Below, piece after piece: positions 1 to 10,319 of a stretch of DNA of 64,000 bases. The DNA is taken from contig CAJINV010000010.1 of NCBI GenBank assembly GCA_905178155.1, positions 3,182,587 through 3,246,586 of the forward strand, read 5' to 3'. Position 1 is the stretch's first letter, and the number at the start of each line of letters is the position of its first letter. Under the pieces are notes generated by a model that did no database searches, was not told where the DNA came from, and saw only the letters and a program-made list of their open reading frames with translations. This DNA comes from Amoebophrya sp. A120. Taxonomy: Eukaryota; Protista; Dinoflagellata. The translations under genes were made by a program, and so were the position numbers.

Positions 1-2585
1 GTAGCCGCAGGCGTTCGCGAGCCAAATCTGCCCCTTGGACCGGATTACGCCGTTGAAAATGGCTGACCGGTTGAACTGACTGGTCGTCAGATTCTTCTTG
101 TTGACACTCGTCGTTTCTTGACCTTGAGCGGCAAGAACGGCAGGACCCTTCTGCGGTTCTTCTTGTTCCACACCAGCGCTGTTGGTGCTCACGGCCGCGA
201 ACTGCAATTCCTTGTCGTCCTTTTTCACATACTGGTTCAGCATCTGCTTGTTTTGCTGGTTCTTCGGGCACTTGGAACTCCCGCAGCACTTCTTTTTCAC
301 GACTACAGGCGGCTCTTCAATATTCTCCTCGGTTGCAGCGGGTTTACACAGTTCCTTGAACTTTGGTGGCTTAAAAGCGTGGTCGGAGATTTTCCCGAAG
401 CCGTTCAGCAGATCAAACAGCTTTTTGGGGTGAAACGGCTTGGACGCGCGAAAAATTACCGAGCTAATCCCATACCGCTCTGCCTGCACCGCCGTCCCCA
501 TGCAGGCGTCCGTATTCGCGCCGATCTGCTCCTTGCCGAGCTTCGCCGCTTTCCCCGTCCCGTCGTCCTTCAGCAGTTCGTGCATCCACCCGGCCTGGGT
601 TTCCGCGGTCCGGATATCGAACAGGTTGGTGTTCAAAATTTTCTCGCACGCAACTTTCCCGTGGTCGGTCCAGTAGAGGTTTGCAGCAGGGTTCAATTTG
701 GTAACCAGGTTTTCTATCAACTTTTTCTTGTACTCCAGGCAGGTGCTGTCTTCTATTTCCAGTTCGGATTTCGCTTGGTCGAGCTCGCGCTGCACGCTCT
801 CAACCAGCAGGTCTTCCTTGTTCAAGAGAATGACATTTGCGAATTCGATCTGGGCGATCAGTAAACCGGCAATACCCTGGTTCAAGTCGCTATTGTTTTT
901 TAACTCATGTGGTCGCTGTTCTTCTACTTCACCGCTCTTTCCAGTTGAAGCACCTTCTTTGTCGTCCGATGCAGAGGTGGTCTTCGTCTTCTGCGTCTGC
1001 CCTCCGCCACCAGCAAGCATTGCCTCCTCCTCCTGGATGCTCGCTTCCGCCTCCGCTACCGTCCACTTGGAATTCTTAATCGACTCTTTGGACTGTAATA
1101 CCTCCCAAATGCAGGCGGCGTCGACAACCGTGACCATGGTGTCGAGTCTCGTGCACTTCTGGAGCTGAATGGCCTGGGTGGCGACCAGCTTGCGCTCTTC
1201 TTCAGAAAGAACGCGAGCACTGTTGAATTTTGGAGATGATGGAGAATTTGTTTTACGTATTATCATGTCTACTTGTATTTCATGTTGCTTTGTTCAGCAT
1301 GCACCAGAGAAGGTCTTTTTGTTTTTCAATTTTCAAAAGCTAAAGCGAAGAAAGTTCTACCATCTACTTCGTGGTGGAGGTGGAGGATGACCTTCTACAA
1401 ATAAAGGGTGCTAGAGCCAGAGGTAGTTCATGGTATAGTAGGTTGTAACAAGTACCCTTTTCCATCCGTCACGACTTGTTCCCCGCCCTTCTTTCCGGCC
1501 GCCCGACTTGCGTCGTCAACATCTTTCATGTCAGCAACATCCTTTTCGTCTACAACTTCCTCCTCCTCTTCCTCGACCTCATCCCCCCGAGCAATCTCTT
1601 CTAATTCCTTGATCGAGTGACAGAAGGTTTGCGCGATGGGAACGGGCTCCGCGATGCCCGTAGACTCGATGATGAGGTAGTCGTAATTTGCCGTTTTGTC
1701 GTTCGCCAGCTCTGCAATCTGCTCCACCAGATCCTCCCGCAGCGTGCAGCATATGGCGTTCTCAAACGTTACATTCTCAACGGTTACATGGTTTGTCATG
1801 CGAAATTGCCTTCAGAAGCGCCACCATCAAGCTGCTTCGCATGACAAATTCTCAGAGGGCCAAATTATAGGGTGATAATCGGCGCCAAGTCTGTCATGCC
1901 AGACGCGCAAGATCTCCCCTATATACTTTTGCCATTCTTGCATCACAAATTCATGTAACAGCTGAGAATGTAACAGTTGAGAACAACGCCATACAGCACA
2001 CGCACCCGTTCTGCAGCGAAACCATCTTCGGCTTCACAGTTTGGTGCTTGTTCGGGTTATTTTGCTTGTTATGTTGCAGTATGCATTGCAAAAGTATCGC
2101 ACTCGTATAAAATGCATTACAAATTTCATCAGCATGAGAAATAAAATTTCTAATGCGGATTTGCCTTGAGAGAAAGATTTGCAATGCAAGACATGCATTT
2201 ATACGAATACCATACTTTTGCACAGGATATGCAGATGACCCGAACTTGTTGTAGAAGTAGTACTAGAGGATATAACCTTGTCGATCTGCAGGCTGTCCAC
2301 ATTCACACTTGCCATGTCGTTCACAATCATGGCAATCTTCAACCCCTGAGTGTTGTTCAAGATGTGCGTCAACGTGGTCGTTTTTCCGGACCCGAGAAAG
2401 CCGGATAGCACCGTGACCGGCAGGCGGCGGTCTGCCCCCTCGTCGGCGAGCTTTTGGGTGGATTTTGTCGCGACGACGAGATCCTCGCCATTGTTCTCTT
2501 CAAGGTCCACGACAACATCCTCTGTCGTCTTCTGCCGCTTTGCGGCAGTGGACGAATCCTGGTTCGGGCTCGTGTCGGGAGACAT
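1..2585 (-). CDS. CobW/COG0523 (G3E family, ZNG1-like) metal-chaperone GTPase, 3' end runs off the window; exons approx 2585-2235, 2079-1999, 1751-1456, 1219-1
   Basis: Motifs RLPVTVLSGFLGSGKTT (Walker A), KIAMIVNDMA, GCVCCTLREDL (after joining exons), YLIIESTGIAEPVP, RLDTMVTVVDA, QIEFANVILLNKED, IFRASKPFHP and GVIRSKGQIWLA. Confidence 0.92.
1220..1455 (-). other. Probable canonical GT-AG spliceosomal intron in the CobW gene
   Basis: Minus strand AAAGG|GTACTT ... TTCAACAG|TGCTCG; phase-2 join gives an in-frame K-G-A-R-V. No TIR or DR. Confidence 0.6.
1752..1993. mobile_element. Introner family C (TIR TATGGCGTTCTCAA)
   Basis: DR CAGCA; removal rebuilds the GCVCC motif. Confidence 0.92.
2080..2229. 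mobile_element. Introner family A (TIR TATnnnnnGCAAAAGTATCG)
   Basis: DR TGCAG; join in frame (GHLQHNK). Confidence 0.92.
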
Positions 2586-2970
2586 TTTTTTTTGAATAGA
2601 TGTGAACCGCTATAGTATTCTAAAGCGAACGAAAATAGAAGAGTCCGGTGCAGCAGGTGGAGCTGTATACTTCTCGATCGATGACGTCGTCGCAAAGTTA
2701 TGGTAGAAATGCAACCTAACACTATCCTATCCAAGAAATCATAATTAATCAATATCAAACTGGTCGGTTCTTTTTTAATATTGCGGTCGATTTCGAGATT
2801 TCTATTGTACGATCTTCGGCACTACCAGCGGATGATCGTCTTTATTGCCATGTTATCGTGCGCTGGGGAGCCGGAGTTTCTGGCTGAACAGAACAGAAAA
2901 GAACGAAAAATTACAAGGACCACCAGGGGACTTTAGATTATTTTGGATCTCCTGTTGTTGAGCTACATGC

Positions 2971-3272
2971 TGTGATCTTCATGCTGGTGCTCCTGAAGAT
3001 CTCATCTAGCTCCACCTGTAGCTCCTTTCGGTGACCACCTGGCACTGCTGGAAGCGATTGCTTTGCAAAAAAAAATCCAAGCTCTTTCATCAATCGATCT
3101 GTCGTGACCTCGCTCCAAGCCCGATTTTTTTTTTCAGAAATCTTTTCTAGCGCCCAAAGAGGAAGGGATCTTTTCATCGGTTCCGCCTGCGGACCTTGAA
3201 CATGAGTGGACCTATTTTCAAATCAACGGAGCGATCTTCACGCTCGCGGTCGTGCTTCTCCTATCAAATAAC
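2971..3272. repeat. Dispersed duplicate of 9665-9886
   Basis: Shared blocks GAAGATCTCATCTAGCTCC..GGAAGCGATTGCT, GATCTTTTCATCGGTTCCGCCTG and GCGGTCGTGCTT. Confidence 0.7.
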
Positions 3273-3876
3273 TTTAGCGGACTTGATGCTAGGCGTCAAG
3301 AATGCTCCCCGATCGGAGTGCGAGTGGGCGTCTGTGAGCGCTCCGGCAGTTTCAGTCTCTGTACTTTTGCTCTTGGTGGCAACATCAAATGAAGCGCGGG
3401 GCCCGCTACTAGCGCTGAGCCGTTTTATTTTCATTAATATATCGCGACGCCCCGTTAAAATTGGCTGTCAGCTGCAACAGGCCGACGGCGCACGACATCG
3501 CGCATGCTGCCCCCTGGCGGATGCTGCTGCCTGGCTCTCAAGGGCATAACGCTAATGAACCACTTAAATATTGCCCGCCCAAAAGCAAAAGTAGGCCACA
3601 CAATCATAACCAACATCGAGCTGTGCAAAGATTTCCGACCGTGACGAGGGTGAGTGGGTGTCGTTGTAGTCTTGCGTCTTCTTTTCCACATCGTGTGGAG
3701 AAGAAAGAAGAACGGGCCGGAGAATCTTCTTCACCTTCAAAGTGCATATTTAAATTTGGTGCACATCAAACAGAGAGCATTTTCAGAATGCTTTACGGCG
3801 CTTCGCGGGCGACGAAAGTCGGCGTGGCATCAAAAAGAGCAAACCGGCTACGGTTTGCGGTACAAAAATACATCGC

Positions 3877-4812
3877 GCCAGCGTGCTGGCGACGTCGGCG
3901 GCGCCTTTCTTTTTTTTTTTTGAGATTTACGCGCCGCCGGGGTGTCACGGCCCAGGGGTTACACGCGTCAGGGGGCCGGCCCTGTTTAATACCCGCGCCC
4001 CCGGCGTAGCCCGGGCCGAAATAGAGCGGAAATAAGTTTCCTTCGTCAGGTTTCCTTGGTATTCGTATTTCTTTGAAGGTGGCGGCGCCTACATGCCCCG
4101 CAGCGCCTGCGCTTGCCAGCCTGCTGGCGACATCGGCGGCGCCTTTCTTTTTTTTTTCTGAGATTTACGCGCCGCCGGGGCGTCACGGCCCAGGGGCTTG
4201 CTACACGCGTAAGGGGGCCGCCCCTTTTTAATACCCGCGCCCCCGGCGTAGCCCGAGCCGAAACAGAGCAGAAAATAAGTTTCTTTCGTCAGGTTTCCTT
4301 GGTATTCGTATTTCTTGGAAGGCGGCGGCGGCTACATGCCCCGCAGCGCTTGCGCTTGCCAGCCTGCTGGCGACGTCGGCGGCGCCTTTCTTTTTTTTTT
4401 TCTGAGATTTACGCGCCGCCGGGGTGTCACGGCCCAGGGGTTACACACATAAGGGGGCCGGCCCTTTTTAATACCCGCGCCCCCGGCGTAGCCCGGGCCG
4501 AAATAGTGGAGCAGCAGAAAAGAAGTTTCGGCCGGTTTCCTTGGTATTTCTTGACTTTGAGGGCGGCGGCGCCTACATGCCCCGACTCGCTCGCGCTTGC
4601 CAGCCTGCTGGCGACGTCGGCGACGCCTTTCTTTTTTTTTTCTGAGATTTACGCGCCGCCGGGGTGTCACGGCCCAGGGGTTACACGCGTAAGGGGGCCG
4701 GCCCTTTCTAATACCCGCGCCCCCGGCGTAGCCCGGGCCGAAATAGTAGAGCAGAAAAGAAGTGTCGTCTGGTTTCCTTGGTGTTTGAGGGCGGCGGCGG
4801 CTACATGCCCCC
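3877..4812. repeat. GC-rich tandem repeat, ~240-bp unit, 4 copies
   Basis: GCCAGC(C/G)TGCTGGCGAC(G/A)TCGGC recurs at about 3877, 4115, 4358 and 4598. Confidence 0.9.
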
Positions 4813-7081
4813 AAATGAGAAAAGCCCATGACTTCATAACTTCTCGCAGTTGATGCAGGCGAAGGAGAGGCCATCATGTGAGGCAGGGGAAATAAAGTAC
4901 GCAAAGCCGGCCCGCTCTATAGCACCACTGGCTTCCGCAATTTTTAGATAGAAGAAAAGCCACCAAAAAATAAAACAGAAACTCGTCAAACAAAAGTGAG
5001 TTAGCGTTGAAGTAGTATTAGTGGTTCCCAGCAAGGGGAGAAAAGAGGGAGAGTAGAAGTAGAGATTTTTAGAATACTAGAGGAAGTCAGAATCAGAATC
5101 AGAAAATTTTGGCTTGGCTTGGCTGCGGGGCGGCGTTCCAGAACTTTAAGAGTGCAGCTGGAGCTATTCATGAGCTAAATCTTGACCACGCTTACTAGTT
5201 TTAGTAGAGGCGGCTACACAGCTACAGCGCGTGTACACGGTCGAAGCCGACCGACTTTTTTTTTGCGGCCGACGCCAATGCTACACTTCTGATGGTGTAC
5301 GTGAGGCGTGGTATGACAAAAAAGTCAGCTAATCCGACTTCTCATCGGAATTCGCATATACCCTGCATGGAGAGGTTGCTATCTCCGGGTCCTTCAGCGG
5401 TGTAGAGCAGAAAAAAGCACTTTGATCTTCTAGAAAGATAAAAAGAAGGTAAATGTAGTAAAGTTTGGGGATAACAATGCTCCGCTGCAGAATAAAGGAC
5501 TACAAGGACTAAAAGCACCGCCGAAGGTCTACAAATCAAAAAAAGGCGCTATGCAAGACGTGCAGGTTACCAACAGTGAAAACTCGAAGGTCCCCACGTA
5601 ATGCGGGTGAGAGGTTGCTGTCTCACAAATACAAATGGAACGAAACAGGCGGGAGACCGAAGGTTGCTGTTCGGTGCAGCCCGCGCGAGATACTAGATAG
5701 AGCGCTAGGAAGGGATCCACAGAGGAAACTGCTCTGCGAATTATGATACAAGTGCTGCTGAAGTGAAGCGGAGTATAAAAATTGTTATAGTGGAGTACGG
5801 AACGAGTTCTACGCTGAGTGTCAGCGAATCAAGCACACCATCGACATAGCCCCTCATCGAGTTAACCGCGAGATCTGGCAACGTCGACGCACACAGCAGT
5901 GACTCTCCATCCACAACGAGCGTCCGGGAACACACTCTTCGAAAGTAGCAATGGCAATGGTGAAAACGCGAAATCAGCAATGGCAATGGTGAAAACCGCA
6001 ATGGCAATGGGAGAGGAAAAAAAATAGCAGTGACCTACACCTACAAGATAGATAGCAGAGAATATAGCAAGGAAAAAAAAGTAAAACAACAAGCACAAAG
6101 ACTATCAGAGAAAATAATACTAATCGAGAAAGAGGCGCATTGTGGAAAAAAGAAGTAGAAAAACGCACTATTGTGGACCCTTCTGTTCCTGTCTAGAATG
6201 GGCGGGATTCTCCATTTTTCTGGATCTTTACTTAAAGGCAAGGGGGCCATTTTCTAAAAGAAAAACAAGCTTTGTTCGTCTTCAGCTAGGACGAGGACTC
6301 TCATTTTTCTGGATCTTTCAAAACACTACCTTAAAGCTTAAGGAGAACTTGGTTAAAGCAAGCTGGATCATACCGTAGTAAGTAACTTGAAACTCAGCTT
6401 TAGTTGCGAAAAAAGGAAAAAAGAGAGAGAAAAAAAGGCAAGCACTTTCTGCTTGACTTTTACTAGAGCAAGAGCTACTGCAAACCTTAACTTCGTTTTT
6501 CGTAAGCGTTTCCTGTTTTTCAAAAAAATTACAACTTCACTTTAAACCCTGCCCTTAACCTCCTCCGAAGCTCCAGTTAAGACCACCCCCACGCCCGCCG
6601 CTCGTCAACAGTCGTATCGCAGGAGACACCGAGAGCACAGTCAGCACACCCGAAGCCCTCCGATCCGTAAGAACAAGACCTGGATAAACACCATAACAGC
6701 CCGGAGTCCTTTTTTTTCAGGTTGGTTGATACTCCCACAAAAGACTGTTGACATTTGTTGAATGTTCATGATGATGATTCGTTTCTTCCTGTGTGCAGTT
6801 GCACTTAGGACGGTGTGGAGAGATTCCTTCTTGTTCTTCTCATCAAAAAAAGGCTCTCTCGAAAGAAAAAACATCAACAGATTCTTGGTTTTTCAAGTCA
6901 CACGAGCGTGGCGACACACCCGTATAAAATAAAAAAACCAAGAAAAAAATTGCAGTATACTTACTGAATTTTTTTTGCAGTATACTATCCAGCCTGCATC
7001 TTGAGGAGGTGAAGCCTCTATCCTCCAGATAAACAATAGATAAAGAATGATTTCTCCAAATCAAGTCGAACTACTGATGCT

Positions 7082-7828
7082 TCAGATATTGAGGCGCAAC
7101 AAGGTGCGGCGTTGTTGATCGTAACACTTCTCGCGAACCTCCTCATACGACCATTCTTCTTTCTCGAGAATTATTTGCGGCCCCGCATGTGCGAGCTCGT
7201 AATTTCTGATGACCAACACGGTGCCCGGGGGGCCCGGAACCAGAACCATGCGAGGGTCGCAGGAGGAAGGCGTATTGACTAATTTCTGCTTCACATCCAC
7301 CGGAAGAACGCCCCCCGCCTCTGGTGGGCGTTGTGCACCCGCAGTGCTACTGTCAGAGAGCGGCTTGTCATCTACTTCGTAAGGGCGTAAAAGCTGGTAG
7401 TGAGCTTTTCGATCTAGCTCAGGATCGCCCGCTAACAGAGGCGGGCGAGCCGCGGAGCCAAAGATCTTTTTTTTGTCCTGGCGCTTGTTCATCGACTCCG
7501 ACGGTGCCACCGCTTCTTGTGCCGCCGCGGCTCCAGTTTGCTCGCCATTTTCCGGAAACGAGATCCAGGGTTCTGAACCGGACAGTAAGTCGTTAGTGCC
7601 AATCCATGTGCCGGTTTTTTGCGTGTCCAGACCGGCCGGTGTGTTTACCGTGATAAGAACCAGGTACTTCGAGCCCCCCTGAATACCGTCTTGGTGCCAC
7701 GCCTGTGGCACATTGAACGAATGACGTATCCTAGACAAATTTTGAGTCTTGTAGCTAATGAGAGATAATTCACTGTAATGCAGCATTTTCACGCGAATGC
7801 CCGTACCTGGTGCGGGCAACAAGGGCAA
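7082..7828 (-). CDS. Intronless hypothetical protein (~235-248 aa)
   Basis: Long ORF with globular-looking composition on the gene strand; no recognised motif; first ATG is at KMLHYS. Confidence 0.5.
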   Translation of the reverse strand: MPLLPAPGTGIRVKMLHYSELSLISYKTQNLSRIRHSFNVPQAWHQDGIQGGSKYLVLITVNTPAGLDTQKTGTWIGTNDLLSGSEPWISFPENGEQTGAAAAQEAVAPSESMNKRQDKKKIFGSAARPPLLAGDPELDRKAHYQLLRPYEVDDKPLSDSSTAGAQRPPEAGGVLPVDVKQKLVNTPSSCDPRMVLVPGPPGTVLVIRNYELAHAGPQIILEKEEWSYEEVREKCYDQQRRTLLRLNI

Positions 7829-7983
7829 TCATGTACTTGTCTGCGGCATTTGACAGCATGATGTGCACTCAGAAAAATCGTCCCTGGGCCTTGTGGACTC
7901 CCCCAAGACCCTCATTACTGAATTACAATAAGGGTTGTAATTTATTACTTTTACTACAAGAGCTTCTATTTACTACAAGAACT

Positions 7984-8808
7984 TTACTTGTAGTTTACGA
8001 CAAGTGATTCGCAATCTTGTGGCTTGATGACCCAAAATCTGTAAGTTTGGATATTGGCATTCGTTTCGAGATTGACAGCATATTGGAGGCTGGGACCAAC
8101 CCAATCACCAGTGCCGGGCGTTGAATCTGCGTACTCACGAAACTGGTGTAAAAACCCAGCAACGACTTCACCATCTGTAATGCCTAGCACTTCGTCAAGC
8201 TTCCTCGGCGTCCCACGGACTTGCGAGTCCAAAAATTGGGCGCGGAGGAGGTCATCTTTTGAACTCATTCTTTTGTCAACGCGCTCCATTTCCGAAGGTG
8301 AACCGCCGCCAATAAGAGAAGACTCCTGTTGCATTTTCGCGAAAAGCCAGGCTTTCACTTCTGCCAAGCGCTCCCAGAACCCCGCTGTGCCCTTCGATAT
8401 CATCTGCACGTCCCTCATCGGCTTCCCGGGCGTGGTTTTACCTCTCCGTGCGAGCTGCGCGTACTCAGCTTCCACTTCTTGCAGCTGTTTTAGTAGTTCG
8501 TGCGGGAGCTGGAAAGCCCCCACTTTGCCCTCTGCCCCCGGATTGCGGCGAATAAACTCTTTTACAGCAGCCTCTGGGGTTTCGAATCCAGTCACACGGG
8601 GGCAAAAATCGCCTTTTTCAATCTCCTCCGCCTTCTTTTTCTTCTGGTTTGGTTTTCGCAAAGCAGCCTTCTTCTTTTTCCACCGCCTTCCACGACCACG
8701 ACCTCCACCGCGCGTGCGGGGGTTAACAAGGAGCGCAAAACCCTCGCCGGCAAGGAGCAACGCGGGAAGGAGTAACATTGTGAGTTTCATTTTCAGTTGC
8801 TGCATCAT
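7984..8808 (-). CDS. Intronless hypothetical protein with putative signal peptide and Lys/Arg-rich N-terminal region; candidate retrogene
   Basis: 274-aa ORF; MKLTMLLLPALLLAGEGFA hydrophobic leader; relict spliced leader ~140 bp upstream. Confidence 0.65.
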   Translation of the reverse strand: MMQQLKMKLTMLLLPALLLAGEGFALLVNPRTRGGGRGRGRRWKKKKAALRKPNQKKKKAEEIEKGDFCPRVTGFETPEAAVKEFIRRNPGAEGKVGAFQLPHELLKQLQEVEAEYAQLARRGKTTPGKPMRDVQMISKGTAGFWERLAEVKAWLFAKMQQESSLIGGGSPSEMERVDKRMSSKDDLLRAQFLDSQVRGTPRKLDEVLGITDGEVVAGFLHQFREYADSTPGTGDWVGPSLQYAVNLETNANIQTYRFWVIKPQDCESLVVNYK

Positions 8809-8949
8809 TTTTCAAGTAACTTTTAGTTCGTTGCAGCACCACGTGGAGGTCGGTCTTCAATTCACTGTGTGTTGAGGCACTGGCGTCCGTTAAATTCGGA
8901 GCTTAGTTCTGCAAAATAATAAATATCAAAACTCTAGAAACCAAACTCG

Positions 8950-8972
8950 CTTGACCCCAAAATGGCTACGGA
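8950..8972 (-). other. Relict dinoflagellate spliced-leader (DinoSL) sequence
   Basis: Minus strand TCCGTAGCCATTTTGGGGTCAAG versus DinoSL DCCGTAGCCATTTTGGCTCAAG; not followed by GT, so not an SL RNA gene. Confidence 0.8.
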
Positions 8973-9347
8973 GTCTTAATATTGTGTGTGTTCCAGAAAT
9001 GTGTGAGCCTTGGGCGGTCGCGGCTCTCACGCTTACTTCGCAAGGGCGTAAAGAAGATGCTAGAGTAAAAAATACTCTAGAATCTTTACGTAAAAAAAAG
9101 TAACTAATACAGCCCCAATTTTTTTGTAATGACAGAATTCTTGGCGACGATCTCGAGACTTGCTGACTGGTACGAAGGTACTAGTCAATCACTCAGGGAC
9201 CTGCGAGGAAGGTGGACTCGGAGTGGGAAATTTGAGTTCGAGTTGTTCTGTAGCCGTAACTGCTTGCGGAGGGAAATTCTCTACAGCTCTATAAAAATTA
9301 AGTGCCGTGCCTTCGCGATCTCGTCGCTATCGTCGCCAGTTTCTCTC

Positions 9348-9492
9348 TATCCTGTGCAAAAGTATCGCACTCGTATTGCAGTCATGCATTACAAATCCTT
9401 TTGTTAAGGAAAATCCGCATTACAAATTGTATTTCTCATGCTGAGGAAATTTGTAATGCATTTATACGAGTACGATACTTTTGCAGTTTATA
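9348..9492. mobile_element. Introner family A
   Basis: TIRs present; DR CTCTC/ATCTC; host ORF unclear. Confidence 0.85.
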
Positions 9493-9664
9493 ATCTCTCT
9501 CTCTTGACCGAGCAGGTGGGCACTTGCTTCTTGACACCGAGGAAACATCCGTTAGCAGACTATCGTAATTTGTCTGCGATTCTTCAGAAAAATGCGTCTT
9601 GATCTTGCTATTGGTTATGACAAAGCCCGGCATTTTTATCAACCAACATCAAGATCTCCTGTTG

Positions 9665-9886
9665 TTTGATCTTCATTCTGGTGCTGAAGATCTCATCTAG
9701 CTCCCACTGTAGCTCCTTTCGGTGACCACCTGACACTGCTGGAAGCGATTGCTTCTAGCGCCGCGACAGATGAAAGAGATCTTTTCATCGGTTCCGCCTG
9801 TGGACCTTGGAGATGGTCGACCTACTTTGAGATGAAGTAAAAGATCAAGATTGCGCTGGCGGTCGTGCTTCCCCTATCGAATAACC
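9665..9886. repeat. Dispersed duplicate of 2971-3272
   Basis: Same shared blocks as at 2971-3272. Confidence 0.7.
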
Positions 9887-10319
9887 ACGACTGTGTGATT
9901 TCCAAATGACCGCGTGGATGAACATGAGCATTTGTTTTCCAAATGTCGTATCCACACAAGGACGACGACCAAGGTCTGGCGTTGGTGGAAAGGATTTTTT
10001 GGTGCATCGGCTCATGATTCAAGTAGATTGCAGAATCTATCACCATCTTCTGCAGCTCAAAGATTTTTTTACACGACTTTTTGTGATCGAAGCATCGCGA
10101 TCGTGATCCTCGTCACCAGTACACATTGACGTTTTCGTCACTGTATTGGTCTTCGGACTGCGACGAACCGGGCATTTCATCCTCGGCAAAATTCTTGATC
10201 ACAAGAAAAAAGCGCTGCAGTGGAGCAGTACACTATTTAGATTCAAATTTTTTTAGACAGCATTAACAGCCCAAATTCGCTCAGCCTGACAATCTGGAAT
10301 GTTCTTAAGATCGCACCAC

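Noticed and set aside
118-864. Plus-strand 248-aa ORF and similar plus ORFs (8054-8875, 42816-43430, 43472-44137)
   Set aside because: They are antisense shadows of minus-strand coding exons.
4113-4904. ORFs of 246 and 190 aa
   Set aside because: They are a by-product of the GC-rich 240-bp tandem repeat.
8950-8972. SL RNA gene
   Set aside because: The 22-mer is followed by CGAG rather than a GT donor.
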